Positions 29,755 through 39,163 of a stretch of 64,000 nt of DNA are shown here, piece by piece (within the stretch, counting starts at the first letter, position 1; every line of letters starts with the position of its first letter). The position numbers and the translations under genes are program-made. Source of the stretch: Candidatus Woesearchaeota archaeon (GTDB taxonomy: Archaea > Nanobdellota > Nanobdellia > Pacearchaeales > GW2011-AR1); NCBI GenBank assembly GCA_964366325.1, contig CAYITD010000004.1, positions 10,712-74,711 on the forward strand, given 5' to 3'. Under the pieces are notes generated by a model that had not been told where the DNA came from, searched no databases, and saw nothing but the letters and a program-made list of their open reading frames with translations.

Positions 29755-29862
29755 AACAACAACATGAAAAGGTTTTGTTTTAAATACTTTCTTATAATTT
29801 TTAAGTTAAGATTTTTAGAATTGAGTAGATATTTTAGATAATATTAAAAACTTAAAAATTAT

Positions 29863-30612
29863 TTGGTAGTTATGAGATTTAAAGATAAAGTAGTATTGAT
29901 AACTGGAGCAAGCAGAGGAATAGGAAGATCTACAGCCCTATTATTTGCTAAAGAAGGCGCAAAGGTTATTGTTAATTATCAAAAAGCTGAGAAAGAAGCG
30001 AATGAAGTAGTTAGAGAAATTTCTAAAATTGGATCAGAGGCTATTGTTTTGAAATGTGATGTGTCTAAAGAAGAAGAAGTTAAGAAGATGATTTTTGAGG
30101 GAATTAAAAAATTTGGGAGAATCGATGTTTTAGTAAATAATGCCGGAATTGTATTTGATGTTCCCCTTTTTGAAAAGACTTTAGATCAATGGACTAAAAC
30201 TTTAGGCGTTAATTTAATTGGAGTATTTTTATGCTCAAAATATGTGGCTGCTCATATGAAAAAACAGAAGTCTGGAGTTATTATTAATATCTCTTCTACA
30301 AATGGGATAGACACTTTAAATACAGAATCTGCTGATTATGATGCTTCAAAGACAGGAGTTATAAGTTTGACTAAAAATTTAGCTTCGGAATTAGCTCCAA
30401 ATATAAGAGTTAATTGCATAGCTCCTGGGTGGGTTGGGACAGATATCAATAAAGGTCTGCCAAAGGATTATGTTGCTGAAGAAACTGAACACATACTAAT
30501 GAAAAGATTTGGTAAACCTGAAGAGATAGCAAAGGCTGTTTTATTTTTAGCTTCTGAAGATGCGAGTTTTATAACTAGAACAACTTTAGTGGTTGATGGC
30601 GGTTATATTTAG
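29863..30612 (+). CDS. Short-chain dehydrogenase/reductase (FabG-like)
   Basis: TGASRGIG, NNAG, YDASK, NCIAPG. Confidence 0.93.
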   Translation: MVVMRFKDKVVLITGASRGIGRSTALLFAKEGAKVIVNYQKAEKEANEVVREISKIGSEAIVLKCDVSKEEEVKKMIFEGIKKFGRIDVLVNNAGIVFDVPLFEKTLDQWTKTLGVNLIGVFLCSKYVAAHMKKQKSGVIINISSTNGIDTLNTESADYDASKTGVISLTKNLASELAPNIRVNCIAPGWVGTDINKGLPKDYVAEETEHILMKRFGKPEEIAKAVLFLASEDASFITRTTLVVDGGYI

Positions 30613-30622
30613 TTAAATAATT

Positions 30623-30787
30623 TCTCGCTGCTCTGAATGATGGATATATTTTGCACTCTATTGCTGCGAAGCTCCTCGCTTACGCTGTGGTGTTCCTCAC
30701 TGTGATGAACGAAGGATATATTTTGTGTTTTCTTGATGTGGATCTGCTCGCTGACGCTGCGCGATTCCTCTCTGCGAAACACAAAAT
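30623..30787. repeat. Degenerate ~72-bp tandem repeat (about 2.3 copies) abutting the tRNA-Ala 3' end
   Basis: GGATATATTTTG at 30642 and 30714; CTCGCTTACGCTGTGGTGTTCCTCACTGTGA vs CTCGCTGACGCTGCGCGATTCCTCTCTGCGA. Confidence 0.7.
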
Positions 30788-30858
30788 GGACCTGTCGGGA
30801 ATCGAACCCGAATCTCATCCATGCCATGGATACATAATAACCGTTATAATACAGGCCC
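30787..30858 (-). tRNA. tRNA-Ala(GGC)
   Basis: Acceptor GGGCCTG/CAGGTCC with G3:U70, A73, anticodon arm TATCC-ATGGCAT-GGATG. Confidence 0.92.
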
Positions 30859-30936
30859 TGTAATTTAAAGAAATGGTGTGTTTTTAATAATTACGAATTA
30901 GAAAATAAGACTTAGGCGAATTGTACGAAATAAAAT

Positions 30937-31194
30937 CTACTTAGAGATCCCTTTAGGGTTTGAATTCTTAACTACGAAATAATAGACTGCCGCGCCTAGC
31001 CAATGTACTAGAGCGATTACCAAGATCCAGACTATTTTTTCATTTTCTTTTTTGAAATCTCTTTTTGCACAATCCACTAACATCCAAATCCAAAATACAA
31101 AGAGTAAAATTGCTAGAATCGCTATTATAGCAATCATAATAACTATAAATGGAAATAGAAAAGCCTGTTGCCCTATAATTTGTGAAGTTGCCAT
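30937..31194 (-). CDS. PLDc_N-like small membrane protein
   Basis: FWIWMLVDCAKR...KIVWILVIAL..WLGAAVYYF. Confidence 0.8.
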   Translation of the reverse strand: MATSQIIGQQAFLFPFIVIMIAIIAILAILLFVFWIWMLVDCAKRDFKKENEKIVWILVIALVHWLGAAVYYFVVKNSNPKGISK

Positions 31195-31230
31195 TTCCTA
31201 GGGTATCAAAGAAGTATTTAAACTTATTTT

Positions 31231-32667
31231 TTACTCAAACTGAATTTTTTCTGAGATAAGGTTTCTTATTGTTTCTTTAAGTTTTGAAATTTCTACTCTG
31301 ATTTGTTTTGTTGTGTTCCTGTCTCTAACTGTAACTGTTTTGTCTTTTAATGTTTGTTCATCAACTGTTATGCAATAAGGAGTTCCGATTTCATCATTTC
31401 TCGCATATCTCCTTCCAATTGAGCCAGATTTGTCAAATAATACAGGAAAATCTTCAAGAAGATCATGATAGACTTCGTTTGCTGTTTCGAATTGTTCTCC
31501 TTTTGAAACAAGAGGAAAAATTGCTGCTTTGTAAGGTGCGAGTTTTGGATGTAATCCTAAGATTATGTTTTCTCTTTCTTTGTTGTAGTTGTAGGCTGAA
31601 AGCAAGAAGACTAGAAATGCTCTTTCTACTCCTAATGAGGGTTCACAAACTACTTCTGGAACTACTTTCCCTTTTTCTGGATCTAGAATTTCAAGAGACT
31701 TTTTAGAGTGTTTTTCATGTTGCTTCAAATCATAATCAGAACGGTTTGCAAAACCCTGCAATTCGCGCCAACCCATTGGAAATTCAAATTCAAGATCCCA
31801 GGTATCTGTTGAATAATGGCTTCTTTCTTGTGAAGAGTGTTGTCTTGCCCTAAATTTTTTTGGATCTGCGTTTAAGGAGACGAACCAGGAATATTCAAGA
31901 GCTAGAAAATAGGCATGCCACTCGTTTTTTATAAGTCCTTTTTTGTGAGCATCTAGTATTTTTATTAATTTTCCATCTTTGTTTTTATTTTGATCATCTT
32001 CTGTTAACAAACTTAACTCAATATTTTGAATTTCGTCTAAATATGGGCAGGGCATTCTTGCCGCAATAAAGTATTCTAATTCCATTTGTTCGAATTCTCT
32101 GCTTCTAAATAAGAATTCACGCGGAGATATTTCGTTTCTGAATGCTTTACCTATTTGGGCAATTCCACATGGGAGTTTCATTCTCGCGTTTTCAAAAACA
32201 GAGCGGAAATTAGTGAATATTGACTGCGCTGTTTCAGGACGAAGATATGCTTTTACAGATTCTGAAACTGTAGGGCCAACATTTGTTGTAAACATAGGAT
32301 TGAATTCTCCTTTGATTTCAAAATTTTTATCATCTTTTATTTTTTCTACCTCATGTTTGTCCATTTTCATTTTTTCTTTTGTTTTTTTATTTATAACAAA
32401 ATAATCTATGAAATTTGATACATGGCCTGATGCTTCCCAGACTTTTGGATTTGTTATTATGGATCCATCAATTCCAACAGTATCTTCTCTATTATGCACA
32501 TGGAATTTCCACCATTCTTTTTTGATGTTGTTTTTCAATTCAACACCTAAAGGACCGAAATCCCAGAAACCTGCTAAAGATCCATAAATCTCTCCAGATG
32601 GATAAACGAAACCCTTTCTTTTACAAAAAGTTGCTAACTCATCTATACTAATTTTACTATCTGTCAT
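31231..32667 (-). CDS. glyS: Glycine--tRNA ligase (alpha2 type)
   Basis: WDFGPLG, YLRPETAQ, AFRNEISPR.FLFRSREFEQME, EPSLGVER. Confidence 0.97.
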   Translation of the reverse strand: MTDSKISIDELATFCKRKGFVYPSGEIYGSLAGFWDFGPLGVELKNNIKKEWWKFHVHNREDTVGIDGSIITNPKVWEASGHVSNFIDYFVINKKTKEKMKMDKHEVEKIKDDKNFEIKGEFNPMFTTNVGPTVSESVKAYLRPETAQSIFTNFRSVFENARMKLPCGIAQIGKAFRNEISPREFLFRSREFEQMELEYFIAARMPCPYLDEIQNIELSLLTEDDQNKNKDGKLIKILDAHKKGLIKNEWHAYFLALEYSWFVSLNADPKKFRARQHSSQERSHYSTDTWDLEFEFPMGWRELQGFANRSDYDLKQHEKHSKKSLEILDPEKGKVVPEVVCEPSLGVERAFLVFLLSAYNYNKERENIILGLHPKLAPYKAAIFPLVSKGEQFETANEVYHDLLEDFPVLFDKSGSIGRRYARNDEIGTPYCITVDEQTLKDKTVTVRDRNTTKQIRVEISKLKETIRNLISEKIQFE

Positions 32668-32715
32668 ATATTTAACTAAAAAAATATCTATTTAAATTAT
32701 ACTAAATTTGCCCAA

Positions 32716-32889
32716 CTATTTCATCTTTTGAGCGTTTTCTTTGGATACTACTCTCCAACATTCGTGACTTCCAGAAGGAGACTTAGCAACAACAAAGAAT
32801 CTCCCACTTTTTTCTACGAGTCTGTAACTATCTGTTGTGAACTTGTTTTTAGTCTTCACATCGTAAAATTCTATTTTTTCTTTTCCCAT
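32716..32889 (-). CDS. 57-aa CC1-like small chromatin/DNA-binding protein (not in ORF track)
   Basis: MGKEKIEFYDVKTKNKFTTDSYRLVEKSGRFFVVAKSPSGSHECWRVVSKENAQKMK; GGAGGT RBS. Confidence 0.7.
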   Translation of the reverse strand: MGKEKIEFYDVKTKNKFTTDSYRLVEKSGRFFVVAKSPSGSHECWRVVSKENAQKMK

Positions 32890-32952
32890 GAGGTTACCTC
32901 CTTTGTCTTTTATGTCCTGATGATTTTGGGTTTATAAATTTATAGTAAGATA

Positions 32953-33025
32953 AGCGCACGCCAGGACTCGAACCTGGGAAAAGCCGGGCTGCAACCGACC
33001 GCAGTAACCGCTGTGCCACGTGCGC
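32953..33025 (-). tRNA. tRNA-Cys(GCA)
   Basis: Acceptor GCGCACG/CGTGCGC, U73, anticodon arm GTCGG-TTGCAGC-CCGGC. Confidence 0.93.
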
Positions 33026-33085
33026 ATATTTTTTAGTAAAATTGAAGTTATTTAAAGATGTTTGTTTTTACTGAAGAAGTGATAA

Positions 33086-33628
33086 TTAAAATGGCACTTC
33101 TCTTGGAAACCTATCTGGTCTGGAGACTATAGTTGGAAATCTGCTTGGATCGACTCCTTTTGTTAAGTGGACAAGACCTCCTCTAACTTTTTTGCTTTCA
33201 GTAACTTTTGGCAGGGCGGATCTTTTTGCAAACCTTATCCAATTATCATAACCTTCTCCAGTTTCATGATACGCTTTAAATTTATTAATCCATGTCCAAG
33301 GAACTAGCCATAGTTCTCTTTCTGTGACAAATTCTTCTAGGTCTGATGCATCGACAACTTCTATATCTCCTACAGGTTTGCTTAGTTCATAGGTAGCCAA
33401 TCCCCAATATGCAATTCTGCTTCTTCTTCCATATCCTAGTTGATGATTAAGAATCTTCCAGCTAACATAACTATTTTCGTCTCTCACTAAACAGAATTTT
33501 AGTTCTACGACTTTTTCACAATCTCTTAAATCTGCACCAATTCCAGGATTAACTTCCATTCCTAAAACTTCTGCACCCCAAGAATGATGTATTCTTCCAA
33601 TCAAAGAATTATAAGTTCTAGCTTTCAT
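33086..33628 (-). CDS. Hypothetical protein, possible PD-(D/E)xK nuclease fold
   Basis: GIGADL...VVELK motif. Confidence 0.5.
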   Translation of the reverse strand: MKARTYNSLIGRIHHSWGAEVLGMEVNPGIGADLRDCEKVVELKFCLVRDENSYVSWKILNHQLGYGRRSRIAYWGLATYELSKPVGDIEVVDASDLEEFVTERELWLVPWTWINKFKAYHETGEGYDNWIRFAKRSALPKVTESKKVRGGLVHLTKGVDPSRFPTIVSRPDRFPREVPF

Positions 33629-33696
33629 TATTTTTGCTGGAATTTTCTGCTTAAATTGATTGTTGTATTAGATTTGAATTGATAAGGTTTATAAAT

Positions 33697-33719
33697 ATGT
33701 TTATACATGTTTAAACATG
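33697..33719. promoter_or_regulatory. Operator-like palindrome overlapping start codon
   Basis: Perfect CATGTTTAAACATG (33706-33719) preceded by near-copy ATGTTTATACAT; TATA-like TTTATAAA just upstream. Confidence 0.6.
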
Positions 33720-34484
33720 AAAAATGAAGTAATTAAACAAGCTTTCAAACTGGGGAATTCTGCAGGAGTTCTGCTTCCAATCGAGTGGAAAGATAGAAAA
33801 GTAGTGATTAAACTTATTGATAGATCTATTTCTTTAGAATTAATTGAGATTTTAGAAGAAAAGGACTTGTTAAAAAATATAATTGGAATATTTTTAGCTG
33901 GAAGCTACGCAAGAGGAGAGGAAACGGAGGCGAGCGATATAGATATTTTAATTATAACAGACAACATAGATCGGAAGATAAAAACTGGAAAATATGAAAT
34001 AGTTTTGATTTCAAAGGATAAATTTGAAAAGTCTATTTTAAAGAGCATTTATTTGGCTTCATTGATTAATGAGGCAAAAGCGATTTTAAATGGTGATTTA
34101 TTGAAATATTGCAAAAATAAAATTCAAAGCATTTCTATAAAAAATCATATTAACGAGATAAAATCAATGACAAAAATAAATGAAGGATTTGTAGATATTG
34201 ATGGAGAACTTGGAGAAAAGGTCTTGGATGAAACATTATATTCTTTGGTTTTAAGATTAAGAGAATTGTACCTGATTGAATGTTTGAAGAACAGCAAAAT
34301 TCCATCTAATAAGGATTTTATAGACTTGATAAAGAGAGTTGCAAGCGAAGAATGTTACGATTCTTATCTAAGAATTAAAAATGATTTTAAATCGCGGAAG
34401 GTTATATCTGTTGGAGAAGCGAAAGCACTAATAGATGAGATAAAAAAAAGAATTGGAAAATTAGAACATGGTAAAAAGAACTAA
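33717..34484 (+). CDS. AbrB/DUF2080-like domain fused to minimal nucleotidyltransferase
   Basis: KLGNSAGVLLP N-terminus; LAGSYARGE...SDIDILII. Confidence 0.8.
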   Translation: MKNEVIKQAFKLGNSAGVLLPIEWKDRKVVIKLIDRSISLELIEILEEKDLLKNIIGIFLAGSYARGEETEASDIDILIITDNIDRKIKTGKYEIVLISKDKFEKSILKSIYLASLINEAKAILNGDLLKYCKNKIQSISIKNHINEIKSMTKINEGFVDIDGELGEKVLDETLYSLVLRLRELYLIECLKNSKIPSNKDFIDLIKRVASEECYDSYLRIKNDFKSRKVISVGEAKALIDEIKKRIGKLEHGKKN

Positions 34485-34731
34485 CAGATTGGAAAAAGGA
34501 ATTGAAAGTTTAAAGGAAGAGATAGAGACTCATTTCGATAAATTGGATAGAGATATAATCGAGGATGATGGAATGTTAGCAGATTATCATATTAAAGAAA
34601 TAGATAAGAGTCTTATTACTGCTTTGGAGCGTAAAATCAGTTTATTAGGTCAAGATAAAGCAGGTGTTGAATTAATAAAAAAATTTAGAAATCGCTTGGA
34701 AGAATATAAGAAGAAGTTGAATATGGGTTGA
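34468..34731 (+). CDS. Small helical hypothetical protein, partner of upstream nucleotidyltransferase
   Basis: Overlaps upstream gene; 87 aa. Confidence 0.65.
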   Translation: MVKRTNRLEKGIESLKEEIETHFDKLDRDIIEDDGMLADYHIKEIDKSLITALERKISLLGQDKAGVELIKKFRNRLEEYKKKLNMG

Positions 34732-34793
34732 TTAGTTTGGAATGTTTTAATGAGAGATTAAGTCTTTTGTGATTTAAAAAATCCTGTCAAAAA

Positions 34794-34868
34794 CGCTCCT
34801 GACAGGATTTGAACCTGCGACCTACTGCTTAGAAGGCAGTTGCTCTATCCGGGCTGAGCTACAGGAGC
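34794..34868 (-). tRNA. tRNA-Arg(TCT)
   Basis: Acceptor GCTCCTG/CAGGAGC, anticodon arm ACTGC-CTTCTAA-GCAGT, TTCAAAT T-loop. Confidence 0.94.
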
Positions 34869-34944
34869 TTATCAATAAAATCAAGAGATGGTTTATAAAA
34901 CTTGTTAGGAAAAGCTTTATAAATGATTCTTTTGAGATATAGCT

Positions 34945-35199
34945 ATGGATATTAAGATTTTAAAGCAGGAGAAGAATGGTCTGGAATTTACTATAGATAG
35001 CATTACAGTTGCTGAGATTTTACGTGTTTATTTAAATAAGAATAATACTGATTTTGCTGCCTGGAGAAGGGTACACCCGGATGAGCCTCTTTTAATGAAG
35101 GTTGAGAGTTCTGGGAAAAATGTTGTTAAAGAGATATCAGAGGCTGTAGAAATGATAAAAAAAGATCTGAATAAGATACAGGCTTTAGTTAAAAAATAA
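34945..35199 (+). CDS. rpoL: RNA polymerase subunit L (Rpo11)
   Basis: TVAEILRVYL...FAAWRRVHP..PLLMKV. Confidence 0.75.
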   Translation: MDIKILKQEKNGLEFTIDSITVAEILRVYLNKNNTDFAAWRRVHPDEPLLMKVESSGKNVVKEISEAVEMIKKDLNKIQALVKK

Positions 35200-35266
35200 T
35201 GTAGAGAATTATTAATTCAAACTTCTCTATAGCATTTTTTATATACTTGGTTTTTTCTTTATTTGA

Positions 35267-35953
35267 ATGTCTAAGATATCTGCTGGAAGTTATGATTTGA
35301 ACAAATGGCTTTATGGAGGTTATGAGAATGACATTATAAGTGTTATATATGGTGGACCTGGCACGGGGAAAACTAATTTTTGTTTGTTAGCCGCGGTTTC
35401 TCAGGCTAAGAAGGACAATAAAGTTTTGTATATTGATACTGAAGGAGGATTTAGTAGTGAGAGAATTAAACAGATAGCTGGAGAGGATAATGAGAAAGTG
35501 TTAAGCAATATTCTATTGTTGAAACCAACTAGTTTTGATGAACAGAGAGCGGTTTTTCAGGATTTAAACGCTTATTTGAAAAAAGAGATTTCTTTTATAA
35601 TTGTGGATAGTATGGCTATATTGTATAGGATTGATCTTGCTGAGGCTAGAGAGAAGAAAGAAGGAGAAATTCAGAGAATTAATTCACTACTCGCATTGCA
35701 AATGAAACTACTTTCTGAAATTGCTAGGAAAAGAGGAATAGCTGTAATTGTTACAAACCAAGTTTATAATTGGGAAGAAAGTAAAAACATGGTAGGAGGA
35801 GATATTTTGAGGTATTGGGGAAAGTGTTTGATAGAATTGGTTAATGAGCATGGGAGAAGAACTGCTTACTTGAGAAAACATAGGAGTTTACCTGAAAAGA
35901 GTTTAAACTTTATGATAGATGACAAGGGGATAAAGAAAAAAGGTTGGATTTAG
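35267..35953 (+). CDS. radB: DNA repair protein RadB
   Basis: YGGPGTGKTN, YIDTEGGFS, IIVDS, LRKHRS. Confidence 0.93.
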   Translation: MSKISAGSYDLNKWLYGGYENDIISVIYGGPGTGKTNFCLLAAVSQAKKDNKVLYIDTEGGFSSERIKQIAGEDNEKVLSNILLLKPTSFDEQRAVFQDLNAYLKKEISFIIVDSMAILYRIDLAEAREKKEGEIQRINSLLALQMKLLSEIARKRGIAVIVTNQVYNWEESKNMVGGDILRYWGKCLIELVNEHGRRTAYLRKHRSLPEKSLNFMIDDKGIKKKGWI

Positions 35954-36021
35954 AGATTTTACAGAATAAATATAGGAAACAATTAAATAATCTCATTTGT
36001 AGAAAACATTGAAGAGGGAAA

Positions 36022-37731
36022 ATGGAATATTCTGAATTTGTTGAGGTTTATAACGCGCTAGGAGATACTACTAAGAGACTTGAGAAGGAAACGATTCTTT
36101 CTAATTTTTTAAAGAGGCTTGCTAAACATGGGGAAGGAGAATGGATTTATCTTTTAAGAGGGAGAGTTTGGCCAGATTATGATGAGCGAGAACTGGGAGT
36201 TTCAAATCAATTGATAATAAAGGCCATTGCTTTTTCTTTTGGTATAAAAACCGAGGCTATAAATGAGAGATTTAAAACTAAAGGAGATCTTGGAGAAATT
36301 GCAGAGGAATTTGCAAAGAAAAAGAAACAACAAGCTTTGTTTTCTAAAAAATTAACTGTTCTTAAAGTTTTTGAGAATTTGAGGAGAGTAATGGAACTTG
36401 AAGGAAAAGGAAGTGTTGAGAGAAAGATTGAATTGATTGCTGAAATTTTGGGAAATGCAAATGGAGAAGAGGCTAAATATATTGTTAGGACGGTTCTTGG
36501 AGATTTAAGAATAGGTGTTGCAGATGCTACTTTAAGAGAAGCTATTGGAGAAGCTTTCTTTGGTGAGCGAAAGGCAGATCTTTCTGAAAAATTGGAAGTG
36601 GCTTATGACATGTGTAATGATTTTGCTGTTATTTTAAAAGCAGTTGTTAAAGGAGAGAAAGAATTGGATAAGATAGGGGTAATTATAGGCAGACCTATGA
36701 ATGTAATGCTTCCTGTAAAAGTTACTGAAATAGATGAAGCATTTAGAATATGTGGAAGACCTGCTGCAATAGAACATAAATATGATGGATTTAGGATGCT
36801 GATAAATAAGAAAGGAAAAGAAGTTTTCTTGTTTACGAGAAGATTGGAGAATGTTACTAAACAATTTCCTGATGTTGTTGAAGCTATAAAGAAATATGTT
36901 AAAGGAGAGGATTTCATAATTGATAGTGAAGTAGTTGGATATGATCCTAAGACTAAGAGATATAGACCCTTTGAGGCAATAAGTCAAAGAATAAAAAGAA
37001 AATACGATATTGATAAAATAATAAAGGATTTGCCTGTTGAAGTTAATGTTTTTGATGTTATTTATCATAACGGAAAAAGTTACATAGATGTTCCTTTCAA
37101 AGATAGAAGGAAAATTCTTGAGAAGATAATTATTAAGGAGGAATGGAAGATAAGACCTTCAACGCAAATAGTTACTGACAGCAATGAAGAAGCCATGAAG
37201 TTTTACAAGGAGGCTTTGAAGATAGGGGAGGAAGGGATAATGATAAAGAATTTGGAAACTCCTTATAGACAGGGGAGAAGAGTCGGATATATTGTTAAGA
37301 TGAAACCCAATGCTAGCGATTTGGATTTAGTTATTACTGGTGCTGAATATGGATCTGGGAAGAGAGCGGGAACTTTATCAAGCTATGTTGTTGCTTGCAG
37401 AGAAAATGGAAAGTTTTTGGAAATTGGAAAAGTTTCTTCTGGATTGAAGGAAAAGGAAGAAGAAGGGTTTACTTATGAGGAAATGACTAAATTACTAAGG
37501 CCATTGGTACTAAGTGAAAAGGGAAAAGAAGTAAAAATAAAACCTAAGATAGTTGTTGCTGTGACTTATCAGAATATTCAAGCTAGCCCTTCTTATGATT
37601 CAGGATTTGCTATGAGATTCCCTAGGATTACAAATTACAGGCCGGATAAGAAAGTTGGAGAAATAGCTACTCTAGAGGATATAAAGATGGAATTGAAGAG
37701 GATGCAAAGGAATCGGAGTCATCTGGGTTAA
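36022..37731 (+). CDS. lig: ATP-dependent DNA ligase
   Basis: EHKYDGFR active-site motif, EEGIMIK, MRFPRI. Confidence 0.97.
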   Translation: MEYSEFVEVYNALGDTTKRLEKETILSNFLKRLAKHGEGEWIYLLRGRVWPDYDERELGVSNQLIIKAIAFSFGIKTEAINERFKTKGDLGEIAEEFAKKKKQQALFSKKLTVLKVFENLRRVMELEGKGSVERKIELIAEILGNANGEEAKYIVRTVLGDLRIGVADATLREAIGEAFFGERKADLSEKLEVAYDMCNDFAVILKAVVKGEKELDKIGVIIGRPMNVMLPVKVTEIDEAFRICGRPAAIEHKYDGFRMLINKKGKEVFLFTRRLENVTKQFPDVVEAIKKYVKGEDFIIDSEVVGYDPKTKRYRPFEAISQRIKRKYDIDKIIKDLPVEVNVFDVIYHNGKSYIDVPFKDRRKILEKIIIKEEWKIRPSTQIVTDSNEEAMKFYKEALKIGEEGIMIKNLETPYRQGRRVGYIVKMKPNASDLDLVITGAEYGSGKRAGTLSSYVVACRENGKFLEIGKVSSGLKEKEEEGFTYEEMTKLLRPLVLSEKGKEVKIKPKIVVAVTYQNIQASPSYDSGFAMRFPRITNYRPDKKVGEIATLEDIKMELKRMQRNRSHLG

Positions 37732-37750
37732 TCAGATATTTGAATTTATT

Positions 37751-38500
37751 TTATAGTTTCCAAAAATAATCAAAATATTTCATATAACTCTCTTTTATTT
37801 TATTTGATTCCAAAACAAAAGCAAAAGATTGCACGCCCCATATTATTTGAGCAACTTTGCTACCAAAGATAATTATGACCATTGGAGTATACATCCCTTT
37901 AGGCAACTGCTTATACTCATAGTATGATTTTTTATGTTTTGACTCTTTGTTTGGTTCTAAACCTTTCAAGAAAGATCCATAGCTTACTAAATCATGCATT
38001 TTATGTTTTTCTGCCACTCTTTCTTTCATCCAATGTTCAAACCATATTTGGAGATTGCTAGGCACAGCTTTATAGTTTTCAAAGTTATTTCCTCCTATCC
38101 AAAAAGACTCTTTATATTTCAATATTTCAGCTAAAACAGATTTAATTGCTTCGTTTCCTCTAAAAGTTTCTGTTCTAATTTCTGGCTTAGAGTTCTCAAA
38201 GAGAGACTTAATTTGAGGAATTTGATTTTCAATTTCTTTTAAGGCTGATTCTCTTTTTTTCACTTCTTCTAATATATTGTTTGGATTGGTACATTGATAA
38301 GTTCTCTTACCTCTTTCAATGGAATAACTAACAATTCCTCTTTCTATAAGTTTATTAATAATGTCATATATGTTCCTCCGATCTATTCCTGTCTTTTCCT
38401 GAATTTTGTTTAGTGTGGATATTCCAAGTTCTAAAATAGCAGAGTATACTGTAATTTGGCCCTCACTAAAACCTATTTCTTTAAGATTGTGCAATTTCAT
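37751..38500 (-). CDS. TrmB family transcriptional regulator
   Basis: LKEIGFSEGQITVY...TGIDRRNIYDIINKLIERG. Confidence 0.88.
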   Translation of the reverse strand: MKLHNLKEIGFSEGQITVYSAILELGISTLNKIQEKTGIDRRNIYDIINKLIERGIVSYSIERGKRTYQCTNPNNILEEVKKRESALKEIENQIPQIKSLFENSKPEIRTETFRGNEAIKSVLAEILKYKESFWIGGNNFENYKAVPSNLQIWFEHWMKERVAEKHKMHDLVSYGSFLKGLEPNKESKHKKSYYEYKQLPKGMYTPMVIIIFGSKVAQIIWGVQSFAFVLESNKIKESYMKYFDYFWKL

Positions 38501-38586
38501 GCAAATAGATGTTAGCTGAACTATATATAATTATGGTAGTATAGATTACCACAATAGTTTAATTACTAGTAAATTACTACTTTATT

Positions 38587-39075
38587 ATGATAATACAACC
38601 ACCAAAATTTAGCATGATAAAAACTAATGAGTGTAATGGGAATGATAAAGAAGAATTTGTTAGAAGGGATAATTCTAAATTGGCCTTGGGCATATTTGAA
38701 GACTCTAAAGAAGACTTAGTCAGAAGATACAATTCTCTTAATGAGAAGTATGAAATTTATGCATATCTAAGAGATGGTAGACATGATTTTTATGATGACC
38801 AATCAGATGATTTAAAGAAATATTTAGCTGAAGACGGATTGGATGTTGAAAGAGTTTATACTAGGGTGGGTAAAATGCCGACCACTCTTGACTTATACTT
38901 CACAGATGGTTTAGACTTTGATTGTTTTAGTGTGGCAAAAAAATTCGGTAAAGATAAAACTTTTATTCTTACTGGAGATCCCCTGATAAAAAAAATGGCA
39001 AGAGAAAGGGGAAATAACCTAGCTGAGACAGGCCTTGATGAAATTATTAGAAGATATCTAAGAAGAGAGTTATAA
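38587..39075 (+). CDS. Hypothetical protein, degenerate receiver (REC)-like domain
   Basis: GIFEDS, DLYFTDG and FILTG in REC-like order. Confidence 0.45.
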   Translation: MIIQPPKFSMIKTNECNGNDKEEFVRRDNSKLALGIFEDSKEDLVRRYNSLNEKYEIYAYLRDGRHDFYDDQSDDLKKYLAEDGLDVERVYTRVGKMPTTLDLYFTDGLDFDCFSVAKKFGKDKTFILTGDPLIKKMARERGNNLAETGLDEIIRRYLRREL

Positions 39076-39146
39076 ATTAATTTTAGTTGGAATAAGTAGA
39101 TAGAATTTTACATATTTGTAAAAAGAAAAACTTTATATATCACTTA

Positions 39147-39163
39147 ATAACTATAATAGTTAT
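39147..39163. promoter_or_regulatory. Operator-like 17-bp inverted repeat between TATA box and ATG
   Basis: ATAACTAT-A-ATAGTTAT directly before ATG 39164; TTTATATA at 39132. Confidence 0.55.

Noticed and set aside
38563-38572. TTACTAGTAA palindrome as a TrmB operator
   Set aside because: Only 10 bp, AT-rich, and unlike the known TGM motif; not distinguishable from chance.
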